Shown here: in pieces, positions 1 through 13,100 of the stretch | Numbering within the stretch: the stretch's first letter is position 1 | How the letters are laid out: each line of letters opens with the position of its first letter | Source of the DNA: Balanoglossus misakiensis | Taxonomy: Eukaryota; Animalia; Hemichordata | DNA: 64,000 nt | NCBI GenBank assembly: GCA_040954595.2 | Contig: CM082577.2 | Coordinates: 17,830,303-17,894,302, forward strand | Direction: 5' to 3' | Translations under genes and position numbers: made by a program | Notes under the pieces: generated by a model | The model's input: the letters and a program-made list of their open reading frames with translations, nothing else | Databases searched by the model: none | What the model was told of the DNA's origin: nothing

Positions 1-144
1 TTCGTACTAATGATGTTCAACTGTAGCTTTAAAAAGATGGATGAAAAAACTAACTGAAAGTTTTATGTTAAAGTTATTGATGATGTATTAGTACAGTAGT
101 ACATTTGTTTGTGTGTCTTTTAAATATTATTTTTGTTTTTGAAG

Positions 145-3100
145 ATCCATCTGATCCCAGAAGAGTTATTGTTGAGAAAATGACTCTAGTTGCTGAAGGC
201 CGCTCGGACATCGATATTGACTTAACAGGTAGGTCCAATAATGACTAGCACTTCTGGGCACCTAAGCACTAAGGTTATTGTATTTGGTCAATCTATGGCC
301 TTGCTTCTTATTTTGACATTGCCAAAGGTATATGTTGGTGATTAGGAGGATTCTTGGCTTCCAAAATCATGTTTCCCAATGGATCACTTCGCGAATAGCA
401 TAATGCAGGGTTGTGGGGAAGTTTGCGTTCTGAGCGCGTGTGTTAGCCATGTACTAGACGCTATATTGAACGCAAATTATACCATCATGCATTGCAGATA
501 CCCTATCCGCAAAGTGGTCTATGTCATGCCATTTCTTGTTGATATTTTGTCAACACTATTTGAAAGCAGATGTGTTTTGGAATTACATATACATTGTGCT
601 GAATGTTGACTGTTGATTATTCCAAATGCATTATTTGAATATTTCTGTGAGCATAATTTATTTCAATGGTTACATGTGTTCAACAGTTGGTTGTGGGTCA
701 TATCTGTTTGTGTTTGTTAGAAATTTTTCCTTGTGTTTGGTTGTATGAATCCAACTTGGTTTGGGTGCATGTTATTGTATAATGGATGCTGGAAGGTAAA
801 GGCTTTAAGTCTCCTAAGTGATGGTGGGGTTGTCTTTGCAATTGACAATTGTTAAAGCCACAGTATTTCTCGTAGGGGCAAATTTTTGTTTGAAACGGCA
901 TCTATAATTTCTAAAAGTAGATGATAATTGATACTGAATCGAACAGTCATCATCCCCAGCTCTGCTGATAAACTCATACAATTTACAATATAACGAGTGA
1001 AGAATGACTTTCTGTCCGGACAGAAAGTCACGTGAGTCAGGCTAATGTTGACACACGTGACTAGTGCGCATGCGCACTCAAATGTGAATCTATGCGGAAG
1101 AGGTTTGGTCGCCCCAAATCAAGCGACTCAGCGAAGAAATGCGCACAAATTCGGCGAAATTTTGGGAAGATAACTTTATGGGAGAAATCAGTCGATGGAA
1201 CCAGATCAAATCCGAAAATGGTCTGACCATCAAAATGTCAAAGTGGCACGTTTGCTGATCGACATGTACAACATTTCCGTTGTAAACAAACCCGCGCATC
1301 ATTTCAAGTGTTACGGGCGATATTTTCGGCTTGCATGTAGCTACAATTGCCCAAACCTTTCTTACATCTTCATTATATAGTATTCCATGATGGATGTACT
1401 GGAAAAACGGGCTTTTTTCGATGATGAAAAATGGATGCACACGAGAAATACTGGGGCTTTAATCAATTATATTGTACGTCATACAGTATAGTCATATTTC
1501 ATGTTTGAATGTACCAATAAATGTCGTCAAGTACATGCAGTATCCTGTAATTTTATCTGTACTTCACAGGTGATCTGAGTACACTGAAATCAAAGCCATT
1601 TGTTATCAAAGAAGGTGCTGAATACAAAATAAAGATCACGTTTAGGGTGAGTTTAGACCATATCAAAGCATAGTGAGTTTTCATTTGAAAGAACTGAAAG
1701 TATATCACAATACACCCTTTTCATAAGTCTAGCGCCCTCATCCAGCCATCATGAATTTGAACTCAACGCAAGGCCAATAGGGAAGGTTGACCAATCACAT
1801 CAATGGGATTTCCCAATTGGCCTCGCTTTGAGTTCAAATTCATGATGGCTGCATGGGGCGCTAGACTTATGAAAAGGAAGTATGTAACCAGATTTTTATC
1901 GTGTATCTTGTACCATTCAGCGGTGTGTTGCAAAACTGAAGTAATATACCGTAGTTGCCCGGGTAAGAGCCCCGGGTGCTGGGCCAACAGATTAGCGAAA
2001 AAGCAGGGGGGGGGCTTTAGCCCGGATATGGCCTCGAGATTTATCTAAATGAGGGATGGCCACCTCGACTTTTATGCAAATGTTTGAGTGGTTCATTCTC
2101 CGAGTCCAAGTCGGGATCTTCCAATGTTGGGTGTTTCGCGTCGAGGACGGACTGAAGCAGCTCCACGCGGCCGCTTTGGAAAGCTCTCCGGTGACTTCAT
2201 ACGCGGCAGCGCGTCCATCTACGTGATCGTTGAATTCGAGGCACGGTCCCGAGGGACCTGTCTGAGGTCATGTTTTCTAGAGCGGCTATATATAACTCAG
2301 CGTGGCCAGTCGGCCGCGGTGGGTACGATAATCAGCGCGAAAGTAAATCATCATACATTTTTTTTTTCACTTTTAGTGACTTTGGGGATGAAAATCCGCC
2401 TTTTTTGCATTGCACTTTATTAAATTTCCAAGAATTTAATGGATATTCGGCCGGGGGGGGGGGGGGGGGGGGGGGCTTTAGACCGGATATGGCCTCGATC
2501 TACAAATGGGCCCTAAAACCAGGGGGGGGCGTTTGTCCGAGCAGGGGTTCTTACCCGGGCAACTACGGTAGTATTTAAAACGCCAAGAATCTTTACAGCG
2601 ACAAGAGGTTCACCAAAATAACCAGTAAAACAGCCAGTCAGCAAAACCAATTAACTGTTTTCAGGCCATTTTCTTTTCAAAATACCAACAGAAATGTGAC
2701 ATCAAGTTGCAACCAGTTGTTTGGTTACATTGAAATGGCTGCCATGGTCCCATGGTATGTACTTGTAGTGATGGCGCCCTCACACAGCAAAAATTGTCAA
2801 ATTAAAATCTCGGAACTCGTGCATTGTAAGGTTAACCCTTTCACCACCAGTTCTTTCTTTACAGGTCCAACATTGCCATAGAAAACAATGAATTTGGACT
2901 GGGCAATAGCGATGAAAGATTTAACACAAGTATCTTTGATTCATGAGCATGATGGCAGTAATACCTGTACATTGTTATAGGGATACAGTGTTACAGGTCT
3001 TACCTGCTGCAGATAGAACATCACATAATTATTTCACTGAATAACAGGTTGTTTCGCTGGTCATTTTAGTGTAAAGGTTGATGAAAATTTGTGGCAGCTG

Positions 3101-4357
3101 TTAGTCACTATTCTCATTCTTCCTTCATTACAGGTACAACATGAAATTGTGTCCGGCCTTAAATATAATCAGGTCACATACAGGAAAGGCATACGTGGTA
3201 AGATGTTTCACTCATGGCTAAGGTTTCTCTTCATAGTCACTACCCGGTGTATTGTGGGTGTCGATTGTGTTATTAACCCCGTCCCATCACTGGTATTTGT
3301 TGAATGGCATGATTGACCCTTATTTCAGCTATGTATATGCCATAGATTTTATGTGTCTGTAAGGTACTTTAGTGTGTGGGAGTTGTTGAAATTGAGCGTC
3401 TGCTGTTATACAAGACCTGACCTCATCAGGAAAATGGCTTTTTTTGACATTTCACAATTGGCACATGTTTACAGACTCGGGAGTTGCAGTGAAACTATGA
3501 CAGATATTACAAATCTCAAATAAATCAACAGAGTCAACATTTGAATTGGCAACAGCGTAAATTCAATCCATGGTCACACAAAACACAAAATGTAACGTGA
3601 ACTCAGAAAGTTGTCCACAATTTAAATTGGCAGACAATGTGACCATTGAAATGGCGAAATAGAAACCTGCGTAAACATGTATCGATGTACCCTATCTCGG
3701 CTGTGGAAAATGTATAGAAATGCCCCACTATGGAGATTTTAGCAGGGAAAATATTAACTTCAAAATAGAATGGATGTTTTAGATCCAAGTGACATTGTGC
3801 TGTTGTCTTAAAGGATGGGAGCTGCATCCATCCATCCATCCATCCATCTGTCTGACCTGGAGCTTTTTTCTCTACAGAACTTTAGTGGACTTTACAATGT
3901 TGGTGTAAGGTACAGTCGTTAGTTTGAGGGCGCTCCATACCTCCACACTGAAAGAACAGAGTACCCTCTAACTGAACGACTGCACCTTACAGTTGAGAAC
4001 TTAACCTGTTCTGTTCAATCTTGACATAGGATAATACCATGTGGCAAACAAATACACATTAGTTTTGCCAGTTGGTTGTTTTGTTGTAAGTGTTGTCGTA
4101 TTTAGACATGCACCAAAACTTTAATGTTCACTAATATGATTATTTTTCCTTTCATTTTAGTTGATAAGACTAGTTATATGGTTGGCAGTTATGGGCCTAA
4201 AAAAGAGTCGCACACCTACTTGACACCAGTGGATGAAGCCCCAAAAGGAATGGTATCCAGAGGTCATTATACCGTCAAGAGTAAATTCATTGATGATGAT
4301 AAAAATGTACACCTTAGCTGGGAATGGTCATTTGATATTAAAAAGGACTGGGAATAG
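145..4357 (+). CDS. ARHGDIA: Rho GDP-dissociation inhibitor (RhoGDI), 3' part; 5' exon(s) lie upstream of the window
   Basis: GT-AG exons 145-228, 1570-1646, 3134-3197 and 4161-4357 join in frame: [89 protein letters not shown]...[40 protein letters not shown]. These are diagnostic RhoGDI motifs. The gene is probably co-orthologous to vertebrate ARHGDIA/B/G. Confidence 0.96.
856..1458 (+). mobile_element. Non-autonomous DNA transposon family A (Kolobok-like), copy 1
   Basis: 18-bp TIR AGCC(A/C)CAGTATTTCTCGT...ACGAGAAATACTGGGGCT, TTAA on both sides (852-855, 1459-1462); near-identical copies at 19546-20148 and 57504-58097. Confidence 0.9.
1711..1882. mobile_element. Palindromic MITE
   Basis: Arms CCTTTTCATAAGTCTAGCGCCC...ATCATGAATTTGAACTCAA and TTGAGTTCAAATTCATGAT...GGGCGCTAGACTTATGAAAAGG; diverged copy at about 31208-31378. 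Confidence 0.8.
1949..2568. mobile_element. Tc1/mariner-like non-autonomous element
   Basis: TIR CCGTAGTTGCCCGGGTAAGA...TCTTACCCGGGCAACTACGG flanked by TA on both sides; internal direct repeat G(n)CTTTAG(C/A)CCGGATATGGCCTCGA near both ends; GC/CpG-rich. Confidence 0.88.
2832..2924. mobile_element. Tiny (~90 bp) piggyBac-like MITE family K
   Basis: TTAACCCTTCACCACC...GGTCCAACATTGCCATAGAAAACAATG...TTAA; related copies at about 5492-5581 and 37551-37646, and a split copy at 50958-51668. Confidence 0.65.
3905..3991. repeat. Short imperfect palindrome / MITE remnant
   Basis: TGTAAGGTACAGTCGTTAGTTTGAGGG...CCCTCTAACTGAACGACTGCACCTTACA. Confidence 0.6.
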
Positions 4358-6587
4358 CCACTTAAACAATAGTTAGAATATGAAAAATTTGTGAGTGTTT
4401 ATATCTGTAAACAGACTAAATAATAGTGGTGCACAATACATGCATACAGCTATAAAGGGTACATGATTTTTTTCACAATTCATTGCTGAATATATATTCG
4501 CTTGGAAGCGTTTTTGTTTTACCAATTCTGTGTGATATCCTGTATATATATTGAAAACCTTCCAAGTTCTGTATGCAACAGTATCACATGTATAGTGTCG
4601 ACTGCCACTTGGGCTATGTGGACTTTGTTTCACTTTCTGAGAATTTTGTTTGGGAAGGGAACAAAATTTACTCTGACATGATAATAATCAGTGAGTTATG
4701 ATGTGATGTGATCATTAGCATAACTTCAAAAATATATTTGCATAAAAAGTTCATTGTTCAAGGGAAACGATACCCAATCCCTTCAGAGTTCAATAGAGAT
4801 ATCACTTCTTATGGATTCATGCACTTTTACTTGCCGTGTACAGAGCCAGTCACCTACTTTGTATTGAAAAATATAAATGGAAGTGACGTAATTAACTTGT
4901 GTTGCGGATGTAAATGTGTATCAGACACTCTTCTGTTTAATGCTCAGATGTGGATAAAAACACTGAATTCGTACACCCATACAGTACTCATTTATGGCAG
5001 TGATTTTATCATTTGCTTAGACAATTAAAGAAGGCATTGTGGGTATGTCGACACTTAACAAGTGTACACTGTATACAGTGGTATCATTGGCACAGTGGTA
5101 ATTATGCAATTATAAGACCTATGTCTACTAATCATTGAGCTTCCAAAAGAATTTTTGCCAATGAGACATGGAAGTCGCAATTCACTTTTCTTTTTGTAAC
5201 GTTGCAGTTTGTACTTAAGACAAGGATTGTGTCAGTAAAGCAATTGTTATCTGTGAACACAAATTTCAGCAGAACTGAACGTTGTGAATGTTAATGTATG
5301 CAAGAGTGAGTCATTTGTGAACAAGAAAACTTTTCTATGTGTTGATTATTACCACACCAATAGTCAATACTTCTACTCACTTCCTGAAATTCCGAGAATT
5401 CTGTTGTTTAAGTTTTGCATTGCAAAAGTGCTTTCAAATAAATCGGACAATGTGGGCAGTTAACACATTCAGCTGACTTTGCCACAGTGCTTTAACTCTC
5501 ACCCCAGTCCCTTCTTTAGAGGTCAAACCTTATCATAGAAAACAATAGGTTTGGACTGAACCATGGTGGTAGACGGGTTAAAGTACCCATAAATTGATTT
5601 GTACCATTGTTTGGTGAGTGTTTCATATTTCATTGTTGTAAAAACTGGATGTTTTTTTTGGTATAGCCAGTCTGGTTACCACATTTCCAGTTGGCTATCT
5701 CCCGTGATTTTCAATGCGTGTATTTTATCTGTTCAAATGATACAGTTAGGAACAAGCCCACTAGATGTTTTGAGTTTTAGTGATTGTTTTTTTGTCATAT
5801 AGAAGTGTTTAAAAATGGAATCTGTGTCAATTGAGTATGTGTTCAGTTCATAAGGCACTTGCTATTAAGTGAAAATTGGACAGAGACTAAGAAACTTCGA
5901 AGTCTGTGAAATTTGTCTGTTGATTGTGACCAGTGTGTACATATTATGCATTTTTAAGTCACTACCTTTGGATGAGCTAAAAAGGGGTGCTTTGGTGAGA
6001 ATTATGTGGTTGTACACCCGTGTTGGAGAGAATTCTTGACAATGTTCATGTATCTTTTTGCAGTTTTGTGCATCACTAAATCTAGTGTAGCTGTTTTGTA
6101 TGTTATTCAAGTTACCCGCATCTTTGTCTGAGAACAATGCATTGATTATGCAAAAAAAAGTTTTTAACTCAGTAAGAGTGCAGACTATCAAATATTAGAA
6201 CATAGTGGAGACTTATGAAACCTTGTCTGTTGAATGAATCAATAGTTTGAGGATGTAAATACACTGGTCAATGAAGAAACAATGTATGCACAGCTGATAA
6301 TTGAGTACATGTAAAAGCCATTCATTGTAGCTTCAATCAGTAATCAGTTGATGGGATGCAAAAAAAGGTTAACTCATATCCAATGCAATGAAAATTGATC
6401 ATGTTCAAGCTTTTCCGAATGAAATAGTTTTCATCAATAGAGCTTCGCAATTATTTACGCAATGTTCTTGCTAATGTCTACCTTTTTTGTAATCTTGATA
6501 TTAAAAAGCATTAAAGTCAAATACGTATTGCTGAATCACTCTTTCCATTTGGTGAATGTATCATGGGAGCTTTTGGTGCCAGTCTTG

Positions 6588-6614
6588 AGTGTGTGTGTGT
6601 GTGTGTGTGTGTGT
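6588..6614. repeat. (GT)n microsatellite
   Basis: About 13 GT units. Confidence 0.9.
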
Positions 6615-6929
6615 ATCCATATGTATAGGCGAATAATGAATCTCCTTCACAAACACAAACTTCTATCTACCAATGTACCTTAGGGTCTGGTCAGTTTTCA
6701 GGTCTGTGGATTGGTCATATGTCAGAAAAGTTGCTGACTTTCCTCCACCCCCCCCCCAAAAAAAGCCCTCCAACCCCCTCCTCCCTGCCAATCGAAAAAA
6801 GTTGAGCCATTGAGGAAATCCCTGACAGATTTTACACTCGGTAAAACTTGGTGTTTAGTCAAACTGGTGTAACAGATTTGGCTAAAATAGTTAAATTAGT
6901 CAATTTTCCAATACAATACTTGTATTGCC

Positions 6930-7080
6930 TCTTCTTGATGTTCTGCCAACTTGACTGAAATCATATTGGTGGTCGAGCATTTGCTCATGTAGCACCACAG
7001 CTATGGAATATACTTTGCCCTTTGAGATGAGGGAATGTAAAAGAAAAACTTTAAAACCCAACTTGTAAGCATGGTTATTG
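6930..7080 (+). mobile_element. Degenerate LINE (L2-like) ORF2 C-terminal fragment
   Basis: Frameshifted translation GGRAFAHVAPQLWN..LPFEMREC...FKTQL matches the L2/CR1-group C-terminal motif GxRAFSxxAPxLWNxLP...FKxxL. Confidence 0.6.
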
Positions 7081-7703
7081 TTCTTAATAAGAGATTTTTA
7101 AATGATGTCATCTTTTTTATATTGCTACATGCTCATAATTTTGAACTTTTTTATTTATTTTTTGTTTATTATTTTTGCCTGCTTTTATCATTTTGTTCAG
7201 GGCCTATGAACACTTCAGTGGATGCCCCCCCCCCCCCATCAAATGGGTTACCCCTTATATCATGTATATGGTAGTTCCTACCTGCATGAGCTATAGAGAC
7301 TCAGATATACGGTAGCTGTTGTATTATTGTCTATATTAAAGGCCATAGGGCGGCCATGATTGAATAAATGGCATTGACATTTCATTCATCTTGTTTGCTT
7401 CTACACATGTAGACTGAATCGTTAATTACAAGCTGACAAATAATATTACATCATGAAATGTCTATCTTCTCCAGATTTAATTATAATAAATAACTTTTTT
7501 TTGTATAACAACATACTTCGGGAAGTGTTATAGAGCAAACAATTACAATCATAATCAACTGTCAGTAAGACTGCTGCTCATTTTCTTGTATTGTTTGAAA
7601 TGTACTACAAAAGAGACATTTTGTCCTCAAAGCTCAAGATGTACAGAAATTTCTCTTCATCCCTCAAACATGTTCAAAGTTTTTATGAAATTGTGACTAA
7701 TTA

Positions 7704-9619
7704 GGGACTGTCCAGAATTTACTTCCAAGGGGGGGGGGGGATTTTCAGGGGGGGGGGGCACCCATTTTCCCCTAGAAAAATTAGGGGGGGCCAGACATAA
7801 AAATCACAATCCTTTAGGGGGGGGGCATGTAAAAAACCCTCACAAACTCAATATTTGCCCAGAAGTACTGATTTATAAGAAACAAACCACCATGGCTACC
7901 TGGATGACAGATGAACACCACAAGTGTATTAAATGTTCATAAGCTGGAATTTCCGGTAATTTTTACGGTGGTTTATTTTGTATATCTACTACAGTTTCTT
8001 GTTCTACTCTGTGAAGCATAATAAAATGTCCAGCTTATTTGGCCTGCCAGCACAGACCATATATGTACAGTGAACAGTCAGTGTTGTTACTACTGATAAC
8101 TGAGCTCAATTCAAGTCCAGACAAGTTTTAAAGAATTAGACTTTTTTGACAATCTGTTTACTTTTCTATGACAAAAGATACCAGCAGCTAGTGATAAATT
8201 AATTCTACAGTTTTTTAGAATTAAGCATAGTATGCCTAAAGTATTTTGTGGGGCGACTGTGAATAAAGTAAGACATAATAAATCACACTCATTTTACTTG
8301 CTAAAAATATGGTACTCAGGTAAGAATCCAAATTTAAAGCCCTACTAGCCGTAACTCTTGTTAACTCTTAAGATTTGTTGACCTCAAAGTATTTGTCGAT
8401 TTCTTTTCTATTTTGTTCAAAATTGCACAATATATGGGCAAGAATTCTAATTCCTACAAACTAAAATGATACGAAATATTTATTGCTTGTCTACAATTTT
8501 TGTGAGGCTCAACACAGTCGAATTTGCAATTTCTTTCTCATCGAAAAGATATTAATGGCACCCTGCTTTCTGGTAATATTAAACTTAAAGAGACATTAGC
8601 GTTAACTTTTGTCAATTTTTATTTGAATGTTTTAGTCCTCTGTGTCAAGTGCACTTTCTTGGTCCACTCCTCAGAGTATGCTCATTTGTTACAGCAAATA
8701 TTCTGCCTGTGATGTACCTATTGTTTTGATTATAGTACAAACACATAAAATTATATTGTTTTGTGCCAGCCAAAATTGTTAAGAAAAAGTTTTAAAAAAC
8801 CCATAAAATTGTGCATGACTACATTATTTTTTAATTTACCCATTGAAAAAAAAAACGTTTTATTTATGCTTTTGCCAAAACTTGCAGAATATTTTGAAAA
8901 TACTGTACAGGACACAATCTCATGTTTGATTTGAATTTTCTAAAAAATACTTGATTGTTGATTGTTAAAAGGAGAAAGCAAAATGTGAAATTGTTAAACA
9001 ATTGGTTATTGTCAATTTCCTGAAACTGTCACACATAACCCATTGAAAAATGCTGTATTGAAAAATATAAAACAAATACTATGTCACTCTGCTTGATAAT
9101 TAGATACAACGATCATAATTGTATATTTTCCTTTGAAAAACCTCTGATGCAAAATTGCTGACGCAGCGTTTTTTGACATGGCTTATTTACAACGAAAGTG
9201 TTTGATGTAGTGGACATAGTGACAGGAATTTTTGTCATAATTAACTTATTTTCAGAAAACTACAATCTAAGTTGCCTATTGCTAGGCTTCCCAAAAGTGT
9301 GCCACTTGCAGTCCCTGCAAAAACATGATTTTTATGACCACTTAACTGTCCCCTGTAAAATTGGTTATATCAGTAAGTAAATGATCTCTTGATTGTTCTT
9401 GCAAAGGGTGATGAACTTGTCAGACTGTATGTGCCGTAGTCTGTAAGTATGCATGTATATATTGGGGGGGGGGGGCATGGAAAAACCCCCAGGAAATTTA
9501 AGGGGGGGGGGCACAGATTTCCTCCACAATTTACTGGGGGGGGGGGGGCATGGAAAAAAATCACCAGGAAAATTAGAAATCCTCCAGCCCCACCCTGGAA
9601 GTAAATTGTGGACAGTCCC
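7704..9619. mobile_element. PIF/Harbinger-like non-autonomous element between RhoGDI and PDI
   Basis: TIR GGGACTGTCCAGAATTTACTTCCA...TGGAAGTAAATTGTGGACAGTCCC; 3-bp TTA on both sides (7701-7703, 9620-9622); subterminal G-run repeats at both ends. Confidence 0.85.
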
Positions 9620-9964
9620 TTAGTTGAGAAAAGAACAATGTTATTTGCTGTATCCCGGTATTGACTACAAAATTTGTGAACTGATCTTTTTCCAACCTCA
9701 ATTTGCAGATATTGGTCAGAGATATGAAATTTTGTTATCACCTTCCCACAATTTACCTTGTTAATATATATCAGTAAATGTAGTTTTCACACACAAAAAA
9801 GCAGTTTTGAATCAATAAGTGTCTGTAGTTTATTTGTGTTTAAGTGGTATGTGTTCTCATATCATTATATCATTAATCCATGCATCTCAATTTTCGCTCA
9901 GATGATTTCTCCGAACTGTTTTTATAGTAAAGTTAATAACCGCAAATGTTTGACCAATTAATAC

Positions 9965-10130
9965 TGACGTGGAAAAATATTTTATCTGTAATTCAGCCAG
10001 ACAGGCATGGAGGCGTGTACGTGTTGTGGCTCTCTACCATGTGACAATGACAACCAATCGTAAAACTACACGCTTTCGTGACCTACCAATTTATACGCAT
10101 GCGCACTGTAAATCGACCTTTTTGCCACGT
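9965..10130 (+). promoter_or_regulatory. PDI promoter with UPR-type elements
   Basis: UPRE TGACGTGG at 9965-9972; ERSE-like CCAAT-N9-ACACG at 10054-10072; second CCAAT at 10086-10090; NRF1-like ACGCATGCGCA at 10095-10105; GCCACGT at 10124-10130. All lie within 230 nt of the ATG. Confidence 0.6.
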
Positions 10131-10194
10131 TTGCTTCAGAAGTTGTTGATCTGCCGAAGGAGGAAGTGTTGGGAAGACAGACGAATTCACCAAA

Positions 10195-13100
10195 ATGAAA
10201 TCCGTACTTGCAGTTTTCGCTCTTGTGTTCGTTGCCAGTGTTTCCGTGCTTGCAGAGATAACCGAAGATGAAGGTGTTCTTGTGCTGACTACAGAGAACT
10301 TCGACGAAGCTATCAAGGAAAACCAGTATATCCTTGTTGAGTTCTGTAAGTTTCTATGTATAATGCTCAACAGCATATGCATTGATCAGCCAGCTTGCCA
10401 TTTGGTCAGTATGGTTTGATTGAAACGGCAAAATGTACTTGATTTTTTTTCAGGGACGTCACTTTGTCACCAAGAAGCGGGGCGCTGTGTATAGTGACTC
10501 TAACCCTAAAGGCTAAGCGATCTTATCGATCGTAATAATACCAGTAATTTAATCGGAGTGTCTATTGACACGCGCGTGTCAATAGCCAGTGCTTGTCGGG
10601 CCGGCTATTGACACGCGCGTGTCAATAGCCAGTGCATAGGGGGCCGGCTATTGACACGCGGGGACTTTAATATTCTCAAATTATTGCCGATTTTTGAAAA
10701 CCAAAGCATATATCACATAGTCCATTAAATGATTCGTCTTTTCTTCCCCGAAAATCAGATGAAACGAAGTGCAAAATTCCGAAAGTCAAAGCGTATGTCA
10801 TAGTTCTTCTACCCGTTCTACGCGTGTACGCCTGCCGATTCTTAAGCTTATCTCCTGACCGTGACACGGGGATTTTCCCTCCATTTTACTGCCGACTTTT
10901 ATAAAGCAATGCACATTTTCCATCGGAGGACTTATCTTTTCCGCCGAAAATGTAGATGAAAGGAAGTGCAAATTTCTGAAATTTTTCTGAGCATCGCTAC
11001 GATTGTTTTACTGTTCATGCACTACGGCCGCTGCACACAGAGGGACACACTCACCGCGACGCTGACCTCAACAGCGCGGACATACTGTAAAATATTTCGT
11101 TTGAATTGAGAGATTTTTTCATGATGAACAAATTCATTGCTTGTTGGGAAATACGTTACAACTTGAACCGTGGTGTGACAACTTACTTAGTCCCCAAATG
11201 CATGCCTTGCAAGTTGCAGGGTCCAGTGCAATGACGTGCATTACCGAAATTAACATTTTCATGCCATAGCACTAGCAGTCAGATTTTTCCTGGTTGAAGC
11301 AACGAAAATGACGTATTGCCCAGTGCAGTCTGACATACTTCGAAATACATGTACTTGGATTTTCTTTATTTTACACCTCGCAACGGAGGATACGGAATGT
11401 GCATTGCTTTATAAAAGTCGTGTCACGGTCAGGAGATAAGCTTAGAATCGGCAGGCGTACACGCGTAGAACGGGTAGAAGAACTATGACATTACGCTTTG
11501 ACTTTCGGAATTTTGCACTTCGTTTCATCTGATTTTCGGGGAAGAAAAGACGAATCATTTAATGGACTATGTGATATATGCTTTGGTTTTCAAAAATCGG
11601 CAATAATTTGAGAATATTAAAGTCCCCGCGTGTCAATAGCCGGCCCCCTATGCACTGGCTATTGACAGCGCGTGTCAATAGCCGGCCCGACAAGCACTGG
11701 CTATTGACACGCGCGTGTCAATAGACACGGCCTAATTTAATTTGTCTATTCCAATTTCCATATCGTGCAAGTGTTACTACTGTACAGATGCCTGTAGCAA
11801 TACGAAACTTCCAATATGGTTCGCAAAAAATATGCAATATGTTTGGTTACTATGGTCACCTGGAAAGGTAATTTACTTTGTCTGGTGGTTTTAAATGGTA
11901 GTATTTCGTCTTTGAGTTCTAGTTCGTGATTCACCGGTTCATATTTCGAATAACTGTATTCACACGGTTAATCCACCAAAAGTTCGGTTATTACAGTTTT
12001 ATCACCGATGATGAAAACATCGGTATTAATTCACCATTTGAGAAATGATAGAACTAATCTGAGATGGCCAACTTTTAACCCGGCTTTTATTCATTGCGAA
12101 TGTCACAACCATTTAACATTTGGAGTCGATTCTACCAACATGTGCAAGTGCGTCCACGTATGAAACCATACAAAGACTCCATTTTATTTTTAGTGTCTGA
12201 GTGACTGCCGGTGTGTGCCGTTGTCTCAAAGATCACCGTGTTTACCATAAATTGTTGTGATGTATCTTTCGTTTTTCTCCCATTTTAATAATGACTAAGG
12301 CAAAATTTATTTGATATGTAAAATGGAAATCACTAGGCCAGATGCTGCCATATGTTAACAAATCTATCAGGGAAACATGTTGATGGGGCCAGATCTGCTT
12401 CTTACATCATTTTTTGTAAGAAAGCACAGGAGTGATTGTGGAAATGTTGTACATAGCCTTTGTCAGTCATTTGTCCTTGTTGATTTCATAAATGCACACA
12501 TACATATAATTTTACCCATGTGAAACATATTTAGGGTACAAAGGAAGAGGGTACATGTGCTATTCAATACATGTTTTTGTGTTACTGTGGTAAATGTTAC
12601 CTTGGTTCCCCTGAGTATGTGATTGCAATTATATTACTTACTAGGAAAAGTTATACTTACTGGAGTTCCTGTGATATCATTAACCATTTCACAAAGCTTA
12701 GGAAATAGTATTGTCCTATATTGCCTGCAGGTTAGTTAACAGACAGGTCAGACTGAGGTCATCCTTATAAAGTCAATTGATCATGAACATTCTTCGTTAA
12801 TGCAAAAACTTGTTTCTTTATAATGCACTGCAATAATATAATAAAATGGTAATTTACTGTATCTTGTCAGGGAAGCAGCTTTTCGACAGAAAATAATATA
12901 CGCTACTTACCGTAGTAGTAAAATGATAGTTAAAAAATAAAAGGTACATTACCACATGTGATCTCATTGTACATTTATTATGAATGGTAGACCAGCTGTT
13001 CATAACATATTGTTCCAATTTTAAAGTATTTAAGGAGTCAACAAGCATTTAATAAGTAAACCAATATTTGCTAGCATGCTATAGTGAATAAGTGAACAGA

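Noticed and set aside
1090-1440. 116-aa ORF repeated three times in the window
   Set aside because: It lies inside a MITE, so the recurrence reflects copy identity; it has no recognisable domain and is truncated in copy 3.
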